Positions 1 to 7,714 of a stretch of 13,996 bases of DNA are shown here, one piece after another. Every line of letters begins with the position of its first letter. Position 1 is the first letter of the stretch. Both the position numbers and the translations under genes were made by a program. The DNA comes from Gemmatimonadota bacterium. GTDB taxonomy: Bacteria; Gemmatimonadota; Gemmatimonadetes; Palauibacterales; Palauibacteraceae. Under the pieces are notes generated by a model. That model saw only the letters and a list, made by a program, of their open reading frames with translations, was not told the DNA's origin and did not search any database. The DNA lies in the NCBI GenBank assembly GCA_039588275.1, contig JBDHAC010000080.1:1-13996 (forward strand), written 5' to 3'.

Positions 1-58
1 CACGGAAGATCGACTGGATCTGTGTGTCGCTGAGACTCGACGTGAAGACGCGTTGCAT
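1..58 (-). CDS. 5' end of an unidentified CDS running off the left edge (MQRVFTSSLSDTQIQSIFR...)
   Basis: ATG at 58-56 with AGGA 5 nt upstream (an in-frame ATG also lies at 64). The frame is open to the window edge, but only 19 codons are visible. Confidence 0.45.
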   Translation of the reverse strand, partial: MQRVFTSSLSDTQIQSIFR

Positions 59-103
59 GGGCATCCTGACACTTGACCTTGGTCCACCAAGTGTCAAATG
101 CCC
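59..103. promoter_or_regulatory. Nested imperfect inverted repeat (operator or RBS-sequestering hairpin)
   Basis: GGGCAT-CC-TGACACTTG (59-75) pairs with CAAGTGTCA-A-ATGCCC (88-103). An alternative inner pairing is TTGACCTTGG (73-82) with CCAAGTGTCAA (87-97). Confidence 0.6.
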
Positions 104-214
104 TCAGCTGAAAAACGTCCGGCGCCTCCACACCGGGTCACGACATACCCGCATCACCCGGGTCAGACCCGTCTCGTCGGCCGGCCCCGTCACGGCGAGC
201 GCCGCGTCTCCCAT
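104..214 (-). CDS. Possible 36-aa small ORF or leader peptide (MGDAALAVTGPADETGLTRVMRVCRDPVWRRRTFFS)
   Basis: Purine-rich GAGAGAGAGG 6 nt before the ATG at 214. The stop TGA (106-104) abuts the inverted repeat. No recognisable domain. Confidence 0.3.
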   Translation of the reverse strand: MGDAALAVTGPADETGLTRVMRVCRDPVWRRRTFFS

Positions 215-332
215 CGTGTCCCTCTCTCTCAGGTCGAACACGAGCTTCCCTGAAGGATACGGGACGTTATCAACGGGCTCTGAACGCGCCGTGAGCCCCG
301 CCAGGGTGACCGAATCTCCTCCCGACCCAGGT

Positions 333-887
333 TTAACGGCGGGTGTGGTGCGCGGTCCCAAACAGACGCCAGCCGTCGCCGGCCTGGACGTAGTCGCACA
401 CCTCCAGCGAGTCGCCGCCGGTACGACGGTACACCGTGCGACCCCGCTCCGTATCCGATCGCCAAACGGTGGTGAGGTCAGAATCGGTCGCCGTGGCCTC
501 GAGCTGGAGGATCTCTCCCCGCGAGTCCAGCCAGACCCCCCGAAGAGTGGGCCCATCCGCAATCCTGTAGTGGGCCCGCGCGCTCATCCGAAACTCGCCG
601 TGGATCTCGTACGAAAGCCCCAGGAAGCGCCCCCCGAGCTCCGGCGCCCAGGTCATGATGAAGGTCGACGGGCGGCCGAACAGGGTGCCCTCGCCCTCCC
701 ACGCGCCCGCGAGATGGTCGAGGATCGCGGGGGCCTCGCTTGTGGGGGCCCGATCCCCGCTGCTGGCGTCCGGGCTCACGCTTTCGCAAGCCTCGGGCGG
801 CTGAGCTTGGGCAGCGCCAGGCGATGGCACCCACGCCGCCGACCCAACAGCGAGCAGCGTCGCTATCAGAATCGAATCGCGTCTCAT
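333..887 (-). CDS. Secreted hypothetical protein, probably a beta-barrel (DUF1579-like/lipocalin-like pattern)
   Basis: N-terminal signal peptide (MRRDSILIATLLAVGSAAW...AQA) and an 'LDHLAGAWEGEG...GGRFL' motif typical of such barrels. TGATG overlap with the upstream sigma-factor stop codon. Confidence 0.8.
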   Translation of the reverse strand: MRRDSILIATLLAVGSAAWVPSPGAAQAQPPEACESVSPDASSGDRAPTSEAPAILDHLAGAWEGEGTLFGRPSTFIMTWAPELGGRFLGLSYEIHGEFRMSARAHYRIADGPTLRGVWLDSRGEILQLEATATDSDLTTVWRSDTERGRTVYRRTGGDSLEVCDYVQAGDGWRLFGTAHHTRR

Positions 888-2257
888 CAGCTTGCCTTTC
901 CCAGATACTCGCGCCTGCGATCCTTCAGATAGTCCTGAACGGGCGTGGAAGTAGCGAGCGAAATGGCCTTCGATACCGCCCGATGGGCGTCGGATGGTCT
1001 GCTCGCTCGCCAGAGCAACTCGGCCTCGACCGCGAACAGCCGGTGATAGGATTTGAGCGACGCCTCCTCCTTGAGCGGGGCGAGAAGGAGCAGGCCCGCC
1101 TCCGGTCCCTGGACGTGCGCCACCGCTACCGCTCGGTTCAGGGCGACCACCGGCGAGCGGTCGCGGGCGACGAGCTCATCGTAGCAATCGAGAATGCGAT
1201 TCCAATCCGTTTCCTCGAACCGGGGCGCGAGGGTGTGGCAGCTCGCGATCTCGGCTTGCAGATGGTAGGAGGTGACGTCGCTGCCGCCCGCGGAACGGCG
1301 GTAGTGCTCGAGCGCCCGCCGGATTACCCGCCGGTCCCAACGTGATCGGTCCTGCGCGGCGAGCGGCAGGAGGTCACCGCCCGCGGCCGTCCGGGCCGGG
1401 AGCCGCACGGCCTGAAACAGGAAGAGCGCCGCGAGCGCGTGGACCGGAGGCCCGCCGACACGCGGGTGCCCGGCCAGCGTCTCGGCCAAACGGATCGCCT
1501 CGGCGCACAGCTCGGAACGCACCAGGTGATCGCCGGCCGTGGCGCTGTAGCCCTCGTTGAACATCAAATACAGCACCTCCAGCACCGACGCGAGGCGCTC
1601 GGGCAGGTCATTGGCAGCGGGGATCTCGAGCACGACGCGGGCGTCGCGGAGCGTGCGCTTCGCGCGAACGAGACGCTGGGCAATCGTCGGTTTGCTGGTC
1701 AAGAAAGCTCGGGCGATCTCCTCCGTACCCAGACCGCAAACCGCCTTCAGAGTCAGCGCGACCTGCGCGTCACGCGAGAGCGCCGGGTGGCACATCGCGA
1801 AGATCAGCCGCAGCTCATCGTCCTCTATCTCGTCGGAGAAGTAAGCAAGCAGGGTGTGCTCGGCCCCCACCTGGGGCACCGCCGGGGGCAAGATCGAGCG
1901 CTCAAGCTCGTCTCGCTTCTCCCGCCACCGGCCCTGTCGCCGGAGCACATCGATGGCCCGATTCTTTGCCGCGGTGAGAATCCAGGCTCCCGGATTGTCC
2001 GGTATCCCGGCGGTGGGCCACGTGCGTAGCGCGCGCACGAACGCGTCCTGAACCACGTCCTCGACGAGATCGAAGTGCTCGAGGCCCAGGACGCGCGCGA
2101 GCGTCGCAGTCAGCTGGCCCGCGCGGCGACGGAAGAGGAGGTCCGCCACCGCGCGCACGTCCCGCGGGGATCGCTCTCGTGCAGGATCGGTGGCAGATCC
2201 GAAGGGATCGGTAGCAGATCCGCTCGGATCGGTGCTTGAGGTCTGGCCCGAATTCAC
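887..2257 (-). CDS. ECF sigma-70 factor with long C-terminal DUF6596/TPR-like extension (ECF42-type)
   Basis: Region 2 'EDVVQDAFVRALRTWP..GIPDNPGAWILTAAKNRAIDVLRR', 'LIFAMCHPAL', region 4 'EIARAFL..PTIAQRLVRAK', then 'VLYLMFNEGY', 'QDRSRWDR', 'YHLQAEIA', 'SPVVALNRAVA'. GTGA overlap with the upstream YCII gene. Confidence 0.95.
   Translation of the reverse strand: MNSGQTSSTDPSGSATDPFGSATDPARERSPRDVRAVADLLFRRRAGQLTATLARVLGLEHFDLVEDVVQDAFVRALRTWPTAGIPDNPGAWILTAAKNRAIDVLRRQGRWREKRDELERSILPPAVPQVGAEHTLLAYFSDEIEDDELRLIFAMCHPALSRDAQVALTLKAVCGLGTEEIARAFLTSKPTIAQRLVRAKRTLRDARVVLEIPAANDLPERLASVLEVLYLMFNEGYSATAGDHLVRSELCAEAIRLAETLAGHPRVGGPPVHALAALFLFQAVRLPARTAAGGDLLPLAAQDRSRWDRRVIRRALEHYRRSAGGSDVTSYHLQAEIASCHTLAPRFEETDWNRILDCYDELVARDRSPVVALNRAVAVAHVQGPEAGLLLLAPLKEEASLKSYHRLFAVEAELLWRASRPSDAHRAVSKAISLATSTPVQDYLKDRRREYLGKAS
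2184..2235. repeat. About 2.5 copies of a 21-bp tandem repeat in the 5' end of the sigma-factor gene
   Basis: GGATCGGTGGCAGATCCGAAG / GGATCGGTAGCAGATCCGCTC / GGATCGGTGC, encoding STDPSGSATDPFGSATDP. Confidence 0.85.
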
Positions 2258-2610
2258 TCGTGCATCGGCTCGACCTCTCGGAGCTCGATGCGACCGCCGT
2301 ACTTGAGGTGTGGACAGTCGCTGCTGATCTGAACCGCTTCGGAGTAGTCGGCCGCGTTGATCATGAAGAAGCCCCCGATCACTTCGTTGGCCTCACTGAA
2401 CGGGCCGTCGACCACGCGCACTTTCCCGTTCTCGCCGGTGAGCCAACGCCCACCCTCGTCGCGAAGCTTCTTGCCGCCGGCCAGCCGGCCCGATTGTGCG
2501 AGCCGCTCGCGCCAGGCCATGTACTCGCCAATGACCTTCTCGATCTCGTCGGGCGCCAGCTCCTGGAATCCGCCCGGGTCCTCGTGAAGCAGCAACAGGT
2601 ACTCCGCCAT
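2254..2610 (-). CDS. YCII-related (DGPF) protein
   Basis: 'MAEYLLLLHE', 'VVDGPFSEANEVIGGFFMINA', 'CPHLKYGGRIELRE'. GGAGG lies 5 nt before the ATG at 2610 (2613 is an alternative start). This family is the typical partner of ECF42 sigma factors. Confidence 0.93.
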   Translation of the reverse strand: MAEYLLLLHEDPGGFQELAPDEIEKVIGEYMAWRERLAQSGRLAGGKKLRDEGGRWLTGENGKVRVVDGPFSEANEVIGGFFMINAADYSEAVQISSDCPHLKYGGRIELREVEPMHE

Positions 2611-2658
2611 CATCGCCTCCGGTTCTTTGGGTGTCGACTTCAAGCTCTCAATCCTAAG

Positions 2659-2685
2659 GACGAACCGTGAAGCTCAGAATCGACA
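2659..2685 (-). promoter_or_regulatory. ECF42-type promoter TGTCGA-N17-CGTC
   Basis: The minus strand reads TGTCGA ttctgagcttcacggtt CGTC, about 50 nt upstream of the YCII start. It matches the described ECF42 motif (-35 TGTCGA, -10 CG(A/T)C). Confidence 0.8.
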
Positions 2686-3975
2686 TACCAACAGCTGTAA
2701 GAGTGGGCCTCTGTCTGCCAAGGTGGGCCACGGCCAGTCAGGGCGGGCACCGGATGCGGGCACCGGATGCGGGCACCGGATGCGGGCGTTTTGAACCGTG
2801 GTTGCCACACCCAGCGCGCCGTCGCTCAGGAACATGACCGGGAAGTACTCACCACCAGTGTCCCTGCGATTGCCCGTGCGCTGCCAAGCGTTCACCGTGA
2901 GCGGATCCGATCGCGCCACGGCGGGCGCGGCCGCCGCGTCCGCGAATTGGATGCGCGCGACGTTTCCGCGGAGCCCCTCTCCTCGCCCCGAGTACCAGGT
3001 CGCGGCCAGCTCGCCCTCCCTGCGAGCGACGAGGTAGGGGAACATCACGCGATCGTTGTCTCGCGCGATTTCCCACCGCTCCCATGTTTCCCCGCGATCG
3101 GAGGAACGCCCGAGCCACAGCTCCCGCCCTTCGCTCCACAGGTGATACAGGCGACCCGCGCCGTCCCACGCCACGGGCTCCACCCAGCGTATCAACGAGT
3201 CGGGGTGGAACGTGCCCGACCAGGTCAGATCCTCGGGTGGGGCGTACCGGGTCCAGGTGACGCCCGCGTCGGCGCTCACGGCGATGTAGTCGGTCTCCGG
3301 GTCGAGTCGATTCCCGGAGGCAGAGGCAGGTGTGATTCGAACGGCGACCTCACCAGCCGGGCCGACCGCGAGGTGGCTCGATCCTCCGAGCTCGTGGATC
3401 CGCTCCATCTCGGTCCAGGCGCGCCCGGCATCCGAACTCACGACGTGGCTCACGCCGCTTCCGTCGTTCCACACGACGTGGACCGTGCCATCGGGGGCGA
3501 CGCTCACCCACGGCCGGTCGTCGAACCGGTCGCGAGAGAGATACGTCCAGTCCCAGGTCGAGCCGAGGTCACGGCTGACGCCGACCGCGATGTGCGTGCC
3601 CTCGGCCGTGTTCCGATCGAAGCCCATCGTGAGGAAGTAGAGCGTGCCGTCCGGGCCGACCGCGAGGTCCACGCACGAGTTGCCTGCGGCGCCGTCGGCC
3701 GCGGTACCCACGTCGAGTCGCTGCCAGGACGCTCCGCCGTCGTCGCTGCGCCACAGGTTGGGGACGGCCATGGGATCCATGCCGGCCTCGTAGCCCGAGA
3801 CAAACAACGCTCCGCGCGGGTGCTCCACGACCATCGGCTCGCGCGCGAGCGCCTGGAGATGTGAAACGGAATCGACCACGGTGAGCTTCGACTGCGCCAC
3901 GACCGCCCTGACGCCCAGTCCGCAAATCCCGGCGGCGCCAAGACTCGCCAGAAGGAGGTGGTGGCTTGAGCGCAT
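2674..3975 (-). CDS. Secreted Asp-box (BNR) repeat, sialidase-like beta-propeller protein; C-terminus looks aberrant
   Basis: Signal peptide, GAGGT RBS, and five Asp-boxes (SDDGGASW, SRDLGSTW, SSDAGRAW, SADAGVTW, SSDRGETW). The last ~37 aa run through a 13-bp repeat and into the downstream promoter. Confidence 0.85.
   Translation of the reverse strand: MRSSHHLLLASLGAAGICGLGVRAVVAQSKLTVVDSVSHLQALAREPMVVEHPRGALFVSGYEAGMDPMAVPNLWRSDDGGASWQRLDVGTAADGAAGNSCVDLAVGPDGTLYFLTMGFDRNTAEGTHIAVGVSRDLGSTWDWTYLSRDRFDDRPWVSVAPDGTVHVVWNDGSGVSHVVSSDAGRAWTEMERIHELGGSSHLAVGPAGEVAVRITPASASGNRLDPETDYIAVSADAGVTWTRYAPPEDLTWSGTFHPDSLIRWVEPVAWDGAGRLYHLWSEGRELWLGRSSDRGETWERWEIARDNDRVMFPYLVARREGELAATWYSGRGEGLRGNVARIQFADAAAAPAVARSDPLTVNAWQRTGNRRDTGGEYFPVMFLSDGALGVATTVQNARIRCPHPVPASGARPDWPWPTLADRGPLLQLLVCRF
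2743..2787. repeat. Perfect 13-bp tandem repeat, 3 copies plus 6 bp
   Basis: GCGGGCACCGGAT at 2743, 2756 and 2769, followed by GCGGGC. Confidence 0.95.
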
Positions 3976-4212
3976 CGTGAGTACCTCGCGGGAGAGGGAG
4001 ATGTGCCTACGACCTGCATCCTGACGGTCGAAGATTCCTCTTAGTCCTACGCGATACCGGCCTGTCTTCCGAACGCCTGAAAGTCATCAGGGACGTCCGG
4101 CTACTTGTTCCCGGCGGAAGCTGAGTGTTTGAGAATGTATGAGGTCGGAGGATCAAACCGCGAGGGATTCGCCGGCAGACCGAGACGCATGAAGCACCTC
4201 CCGCTCCCCAAC

Positions 4213-6720
4213 CTACTCGGCCTCCCTCAGAACCCGAGCCGGGTCCACACCGGTCGCTCGCCGTGCGGGTAGATAACTCGCAACGAGGACCACGAAGAAG
4301 AGGAGGAGCCCTCCACCCAGAATGACTCTGGGATCCCGGGCACTCGTGTTCCAGAGAAAGGCCTCGAGAACGCGGCTGAACATCCATGCGCCGGCCAGGC
4401 CGAACGACACACCCACCAGCGCCGTCAGGACACTCTTTCGCAAAACGAGCCGCAAGACACGGCTATTCTCGGCGCCCAGAGCAATGCGTAGCCCCAGCTC
4501 TCGTCGACGGTCTGCGACGGAGTAGGCGACCACTCCCCAGGTACCCACCGCCGCGAGCAGGACCGTGATCGTGGCGAAAGTGGCAAGCAGCCAAAAGATG
4601 AGACCACGGTCCCCGATCGAACGAGATATGAGCCGATCCATCGTGGTTACGTTCCGCATGGCAACGGTCGGGTCCATCGCGAACAGCTCGTCTTGAATCA
4701 GCCGGATGGCGTTGTTCGGGTCTCCCGTGGTTCGCACCGTCGCGTACCTCGGGCCGCTTCGCTCACGCAGCGAGTAGTAGGCAACCGGTCCTATCGCTTC
4801 GTCAGGGCTCGTGTAGATGACATCGCCGACGACTCCCACCACCTCGGCGGTGGCCCTCCCAGGCACGGCGAAAAACGTGCTTACCCTCTTTCCGATCGGG
4901 TCCTGATCAGGAAAGTACCTCGACGCCGAGGTTTGACTCAGCACGACGACCGGGGGCCCGCTGAGCCCGTCCGACCGGTTGAACCCGCGACCTCTGAGAA
5001 CGGGGATGCCCAGCAAATCGAAGTAGTTGTCCGAGACCGGCACTGCCCCGAGGCTACCCGCGTCAACCATACCCAGCTCGCTGTCTTCGATCCTGACTCC
5101 CAGTACGGCTTCGAAGTGCTTCAGGATCGCTCCGGATGAGATTGTGGTGCCTTCTACGCCGGGCAGGGCTTCCAGTCTGCGTTGGAGTCGATCGTCGAAC
5201 TGCGCGGCGAGGGATATGTGCGAGCGCCATGCCGCTTCATCACGAGGGTCCAACCTCGGGACGGTCGACGGCCGCGAGAACTCGAACGAGAGCAACCTCT
5301 CCGTACGAAACCCGTCATTCTCTGCCAGCAAGCGACCTACGGTCGTGGCCATCAGTCCGACACCGACCAGCAGAATCAGAGCGAGGGATACCTGCGCTCC
5401 TACGAGAAACGCCTGCGGGTCGAGGCCTGACCAGCCGCGGCGCCGGCGAGTCACCGCGGCACCGTCCTTCAGATGGTCCGTGATCCGGAAGGATGAGATG
5501 CGAAGCGCGGGTATCAGACCGATCAGCAACGCTGCCGCGAGGGACACGAACACCGCGAACGCGATCACGCGGGCATCGAGCGCCAGGGTGTCAGGGTTGA
5601 CGACCTGAAGGCCCGAATCGGTGCCCTGCGTGAACTGGGTCGGCCAGGCCCGAGCGACCAGATCCGTGCCCCACATCGACAGGACGAGACCCACCACGCC
5701 GCCGAGTGTCGCCACCGCCAGGCTCTCGATCAAGAATGACCTGATCAGCCGCCACCGCGATGCACCGAGCGCGCGCCGGATCGCTCCCTCGCGCACACGC
5801 CGCCGGGCACGCGTAAACAAAAGCCCCGCGAGGTTCGCACATGCCACCAGGAGCACCAATACGGCTGCCAGGGCGAGCAACGTCGACGCGGTGCGGGCGG
5901 CAGGGTTGGTCCATACTTCGGCGAGGGGCCGGACTCCCGCACCGTACATGACATTGCCCGGCCACTCCTCTGCAATCGCTCGGCCGACGATCTGCATCTG
6001 AGCATCGGCAGCGGCCACGGAAACACCGGGGCGAAGGCGCCCCACAACCCAGGCCAGATGATTGCCTGCCTGTTGCAGGACACCTGGTTGCAGCAGGGCG
6101 TAGACACCGGGCGGGAGCCACAGCGTCGCGTTTCCCGTGAAGCCCGAGAAGTTCGGGGGGGCAACGCCTACGATCCGGAAATCGACGCCGTTGAGTCGGA
6201 TCTCCCGGTCCAGCACGGAGGGATCGCTTCCCAGGCGGGTCCGCCAGAACGTGTGTGACACGATCGTCACTCGATAGGGTCCGAGCGGGTCCGCTTCCTC
6301 GGCGACAAAGCCCCGGCCCAGCGTCAGGGGATACCCGACGACGTCGAAATAGCGGGGCGATACCACCTCGACGTTCAGGTGGCTCGCGGGACCGAACCCG
6401 GTCAGTGTCACGACCCGCTCCCGGTAGCCCGCGACGGGTTCGATCAGACGGTCCGGCCATTCGGCGAACCTCTCCAGGTACGGATAGGCCCACCTCGAGA
6501 TGTCCGTCCGGCCATCACCCGTTCTCGTCAGGTCCACGCTCACGAGGCGGTCTGACTCCGGGAACGGCGGTGGTGTGAGGACAGCGACCTTCAACGCCGA
6601 AAAAGCCGTGACATTCGCACCGATTCCGAGCGCGAGAATGAGCACGGCTGAAACCGTGAAGCCAGGAGCCTTGCTCAGACCCCGCAGAGCGAGTCGAACG
6701 TCAGCGAGGACCCCGCCCAT
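4213..6720 (-). CDS. ABC transporter permease, duplicated MacB-PCD/FtsX architecture (ADOP family)
   Basis: 'DVRLALRGLSKAPGFT..AVLILALGIGANVTAFS', 'LVLLVACANLAGLL..R..RE.AIRRALGASRWRL', 'QVSLALILLVGVGL', 'RRRELGLRIALGA', 'ASYLPARRATGVDP..LR.E'. Strong AAGGAAGGAG RBS. No adjacent ATPase. Confidence 0.95.
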   Translation of the reverse strand: MGGVLADVRLALRGLSKAPGFTVSAVLILALGIGANVTAFSALKVAVLTPPPFPESDRLVSVDLTRTGDGRTDISRWAYPYLERFAEWPDRLIEPVAGYRERVVTLTGFGPASHLNVEVVSPRYFDVVGYPLTLGRGFVAEEADPLGPYRVTIVSHTFWRTRLGSDPSVLDREIRLNGVDFRIVGVAPPNFSGFTGNATLWLPPGVYALLQPGVLQQAGNHLAWVVGRLRPGVSVAAADAQMQIVGRAIAEEWPGNVMYGAGVRPLAEVWTNPAARTASTLLALAAVLVLLVACANLAGLLFTRARRRVREGAIRRALGASRWRLIRSFLIESLAVATLGGVVGLVLSMWGTDLVARAWPTQFTQGTDSGLQVVNPDTLALDARVIAFAVFVSLAAALLIGLIPALRISSFRITDHLKDGAAVTRRRRGWSGLDPQAFLVGAQVSLALILLVGVGLMATTVGRLLAENDGFRTERLLSFEFSRPSTVPRLDPRDEAAWRSHISLAAQFDDRLQRRLEALPGVEGTTISSGAILKHFEAVLGVRIEDSELGMVDAGSLGAVPVSDNYFDLLGIPVLRGRGFNRSDGLSGPPVVVLSQTSASRYFPDQDPIGKRVSTFFAVPGRATAEVVGVVGDVIYTSPDEAIGPVAYYSLRERSGPRYATVRTTGDPNNAIRLIQDELFAMDPTVAMRNVTTMDRLISRSIGDRGLIFWLLATFATITVLLAAVGTWGVVAYSVADRRRELGLRIALGAENSRVLRLVLRKSVLTALVGVSFGLAGAWMFSRVLEAFLWNTSARDPRVILGGGLLLFFVVLVASYLPARRATGVDPARVLREAE

Positions 6721-6810
6721 GAGCTCCTTCCTTTCCGTCTCCGGACCCCACGTCTATGTGAATACAGATATTCAGGTCGAATAATCCGCATCTCGTGCGT
6801 GATCCCCTAA

Positions 6811-6827
6811 CGCCAGTCCCGTACCGG
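6811..6827 (-). promoter_or_regulatory. Putative sigma-54 (-24/-12) promoter for the ADOP permease
   Basis: Minus strand CCGGTACGGGACTGGCG has the invariant GG-N10-GC spacing and resembles TGGCACG-N4-TTGC. It lies about 90 nt upstream of the start. Confidence 0.55.
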
Positions 6828-6840
6828 CACTCACCTGGGT

Positions 6841-6870
6841 CGTAAGCGTATGAAAAAACAGACTGTTACG
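6841..6870. promoter_or_regulatory. AT-rich IHF-like bending site
   Basis: CGTAAGCGTATGAAAAAACAGACTGTTACG lies between the putative -24/-12 site and the upstream palindromes. It is only a loose match to the IHF consensus. Confidence 0.35.
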
Positions 6871-6903
6871 CCTCTGGTTGGGCGAGCAGCCGTTCGCGAT
6901 CGG

Positions 6904-6939
6904 TGTTCGGTCATGGGACCGGCGTACCGCAAGCGAACA
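6904..6939. promoter_or_regulatory. Tandem pair of imperfect 17-bp palindromes (possible enhancer-binding-protein sites)
   Basis: TGTTCG-gtcat-GGGACC (6904-6920) and CGTACC-gcaag-CGAACA (6923-6939). The outer halves TGTTCG/CGAACA are perfect complements. Confidence 0.45.
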
Positions 6940-6973
6940 CGCTGCGCGGCGCTAGTTTTCGACCGGATCGAGC

Positions 6974-7330
6974 CTACGTGCCGACGGTGGGGCTATTTGT
7001 GCTTCTCGTCTCGCCGTGCTGATTGATCGAGAACACCGTCACCGTGTACTCGGTGTTGGCCAACACCCCTTCCGCCTGGGTGAACCGGATCTGCGTCTCG
7101 GTCGTCTCTTTGCCAATGGGGGGATTCCCGAACAGCTCGGCTCTGTACGACGTCGCGCCGTGGGCCTCGCTCCACGAGGCCGTGATCGTCAGGCCGTCGA
7201 CGCTGACCACGACCACGACCGCTTCCGGTGGCCCGTCAGTCGGGTCGATCAAACTCTCGTCGCAGGCGATCAGGCCCAGGGAGACGGCCGCGATTCCATA
7301 GACCAATGACCTGCCGGTGTGAATTCTCAT
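6974..7330 (-). CDS. Small lipoprotein with a fibronectin type III-like domain
   Basis: Lipobox LIA-C23, and an FN3 pattern 'ITASWSEAHGATSYRAEL...LANTEYTVTVFSIN..G'. AGGTG RBS. Confidence 0.8.
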   Translation of the reverse strand: MRIHTGRSLVYGIAAVSLGLIACDESLIDPTDGPPEAVVVVVSVDGLTITASWSEAHGATSYRAELFGNPPIGKETTETQIRFTQAEGVLANTEYTVTVFSINQHGETRSTNSPTVGT

Positions 7331-7349
7331 CTGTCACCTACTTAATGCG

Positions 7350-7373
7350 ATATTTCCGGTATGATCGAATAAT
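7350..7373. promoter_or_regulatory. Putative ArsR operator, copy 2 (upstream of the FN3 lipoprotein)
   Basis: ATATTTCCGGTATGATCGAATAAT matches the palindrome at the arsR start at 17 of 24 positions, with a TTC...GAA dyad core. Confidence 0.6.
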
Positions 7374-7423
7374 ATCCGCCAAAAAAAAGAAACATGTAAC
7401 CCTCGGGAGGCGGTCCCGCCCGC

Positions 7424-7714
7424 TCAGCGGGCATCGAGACAGCACTCGTCCGACAGGTAGCCTACAAGGCGGTGCATCGCCGGGTAGTTGGCGCGGCACA
7501 ACAGCACGACGCCCATGCGCTCTTGGGTGACGAGTCCGACCTCCATCAAGCGTCGTAGATGATGGGAAAGAGTCGACCCGGGAATCCCGAGATTCCTCCG
7601 AATCTCACCCACGGGAAGCCCATCATCTCCGGCCCGCACCAGTCGACGGTATACGCGCAGACGCGTGGCGTGCCCCAGTGCCTCGAGTTGTCGCGCTGCC
7701 AGTTGTAGTTTCAT
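7424..7714 (-). CDS. arsR: ArsR/SmtB-family transcriptional repressor with C-terminal vicinal Cys pair
   Basis: 'LEALGHATRLRVYRRLVRAG..GLPVGEI...LGIPGSTLSHHL..L..GLV', 'CRANY', 'ECC' (C91/C92). Confidence 0.9.
   Translation of the reverse strand: MKLQLAARQLEALGHATRLRVYRRLVRAGDDGLPVGEIRRNLGIPGSTLSHHLRRLMEVGLVTQERMGVVLLCRANYPAMHRLVGYLSDECCLDAR

Noticed and set aside
221..260. CTCTCAGG and GAAGG resembling a glycine riboswitch
   Set aside because: The motifs are in the wrong order and on the strand opposite to the neighbouring genes.
2743..2787. Tandem repeats as a CRISPR array (also 2184-2235)
   Set aside because: The units are contiguous with no spacers, and there are no cas genes.
3976..4212. 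237-bp intergenic region as an ncRNA or second MITE copy
   Set aside because: No extended stems, terminal repeats or similarity to the 9344-9650 element were seen.
7381..7423. Intrinsic terminator after arsR (GC-rich stretch plus T8 on the minus strand)
   Set aside because: The stem is short and ambiguous, and the T-run is more than 10 nt from it.
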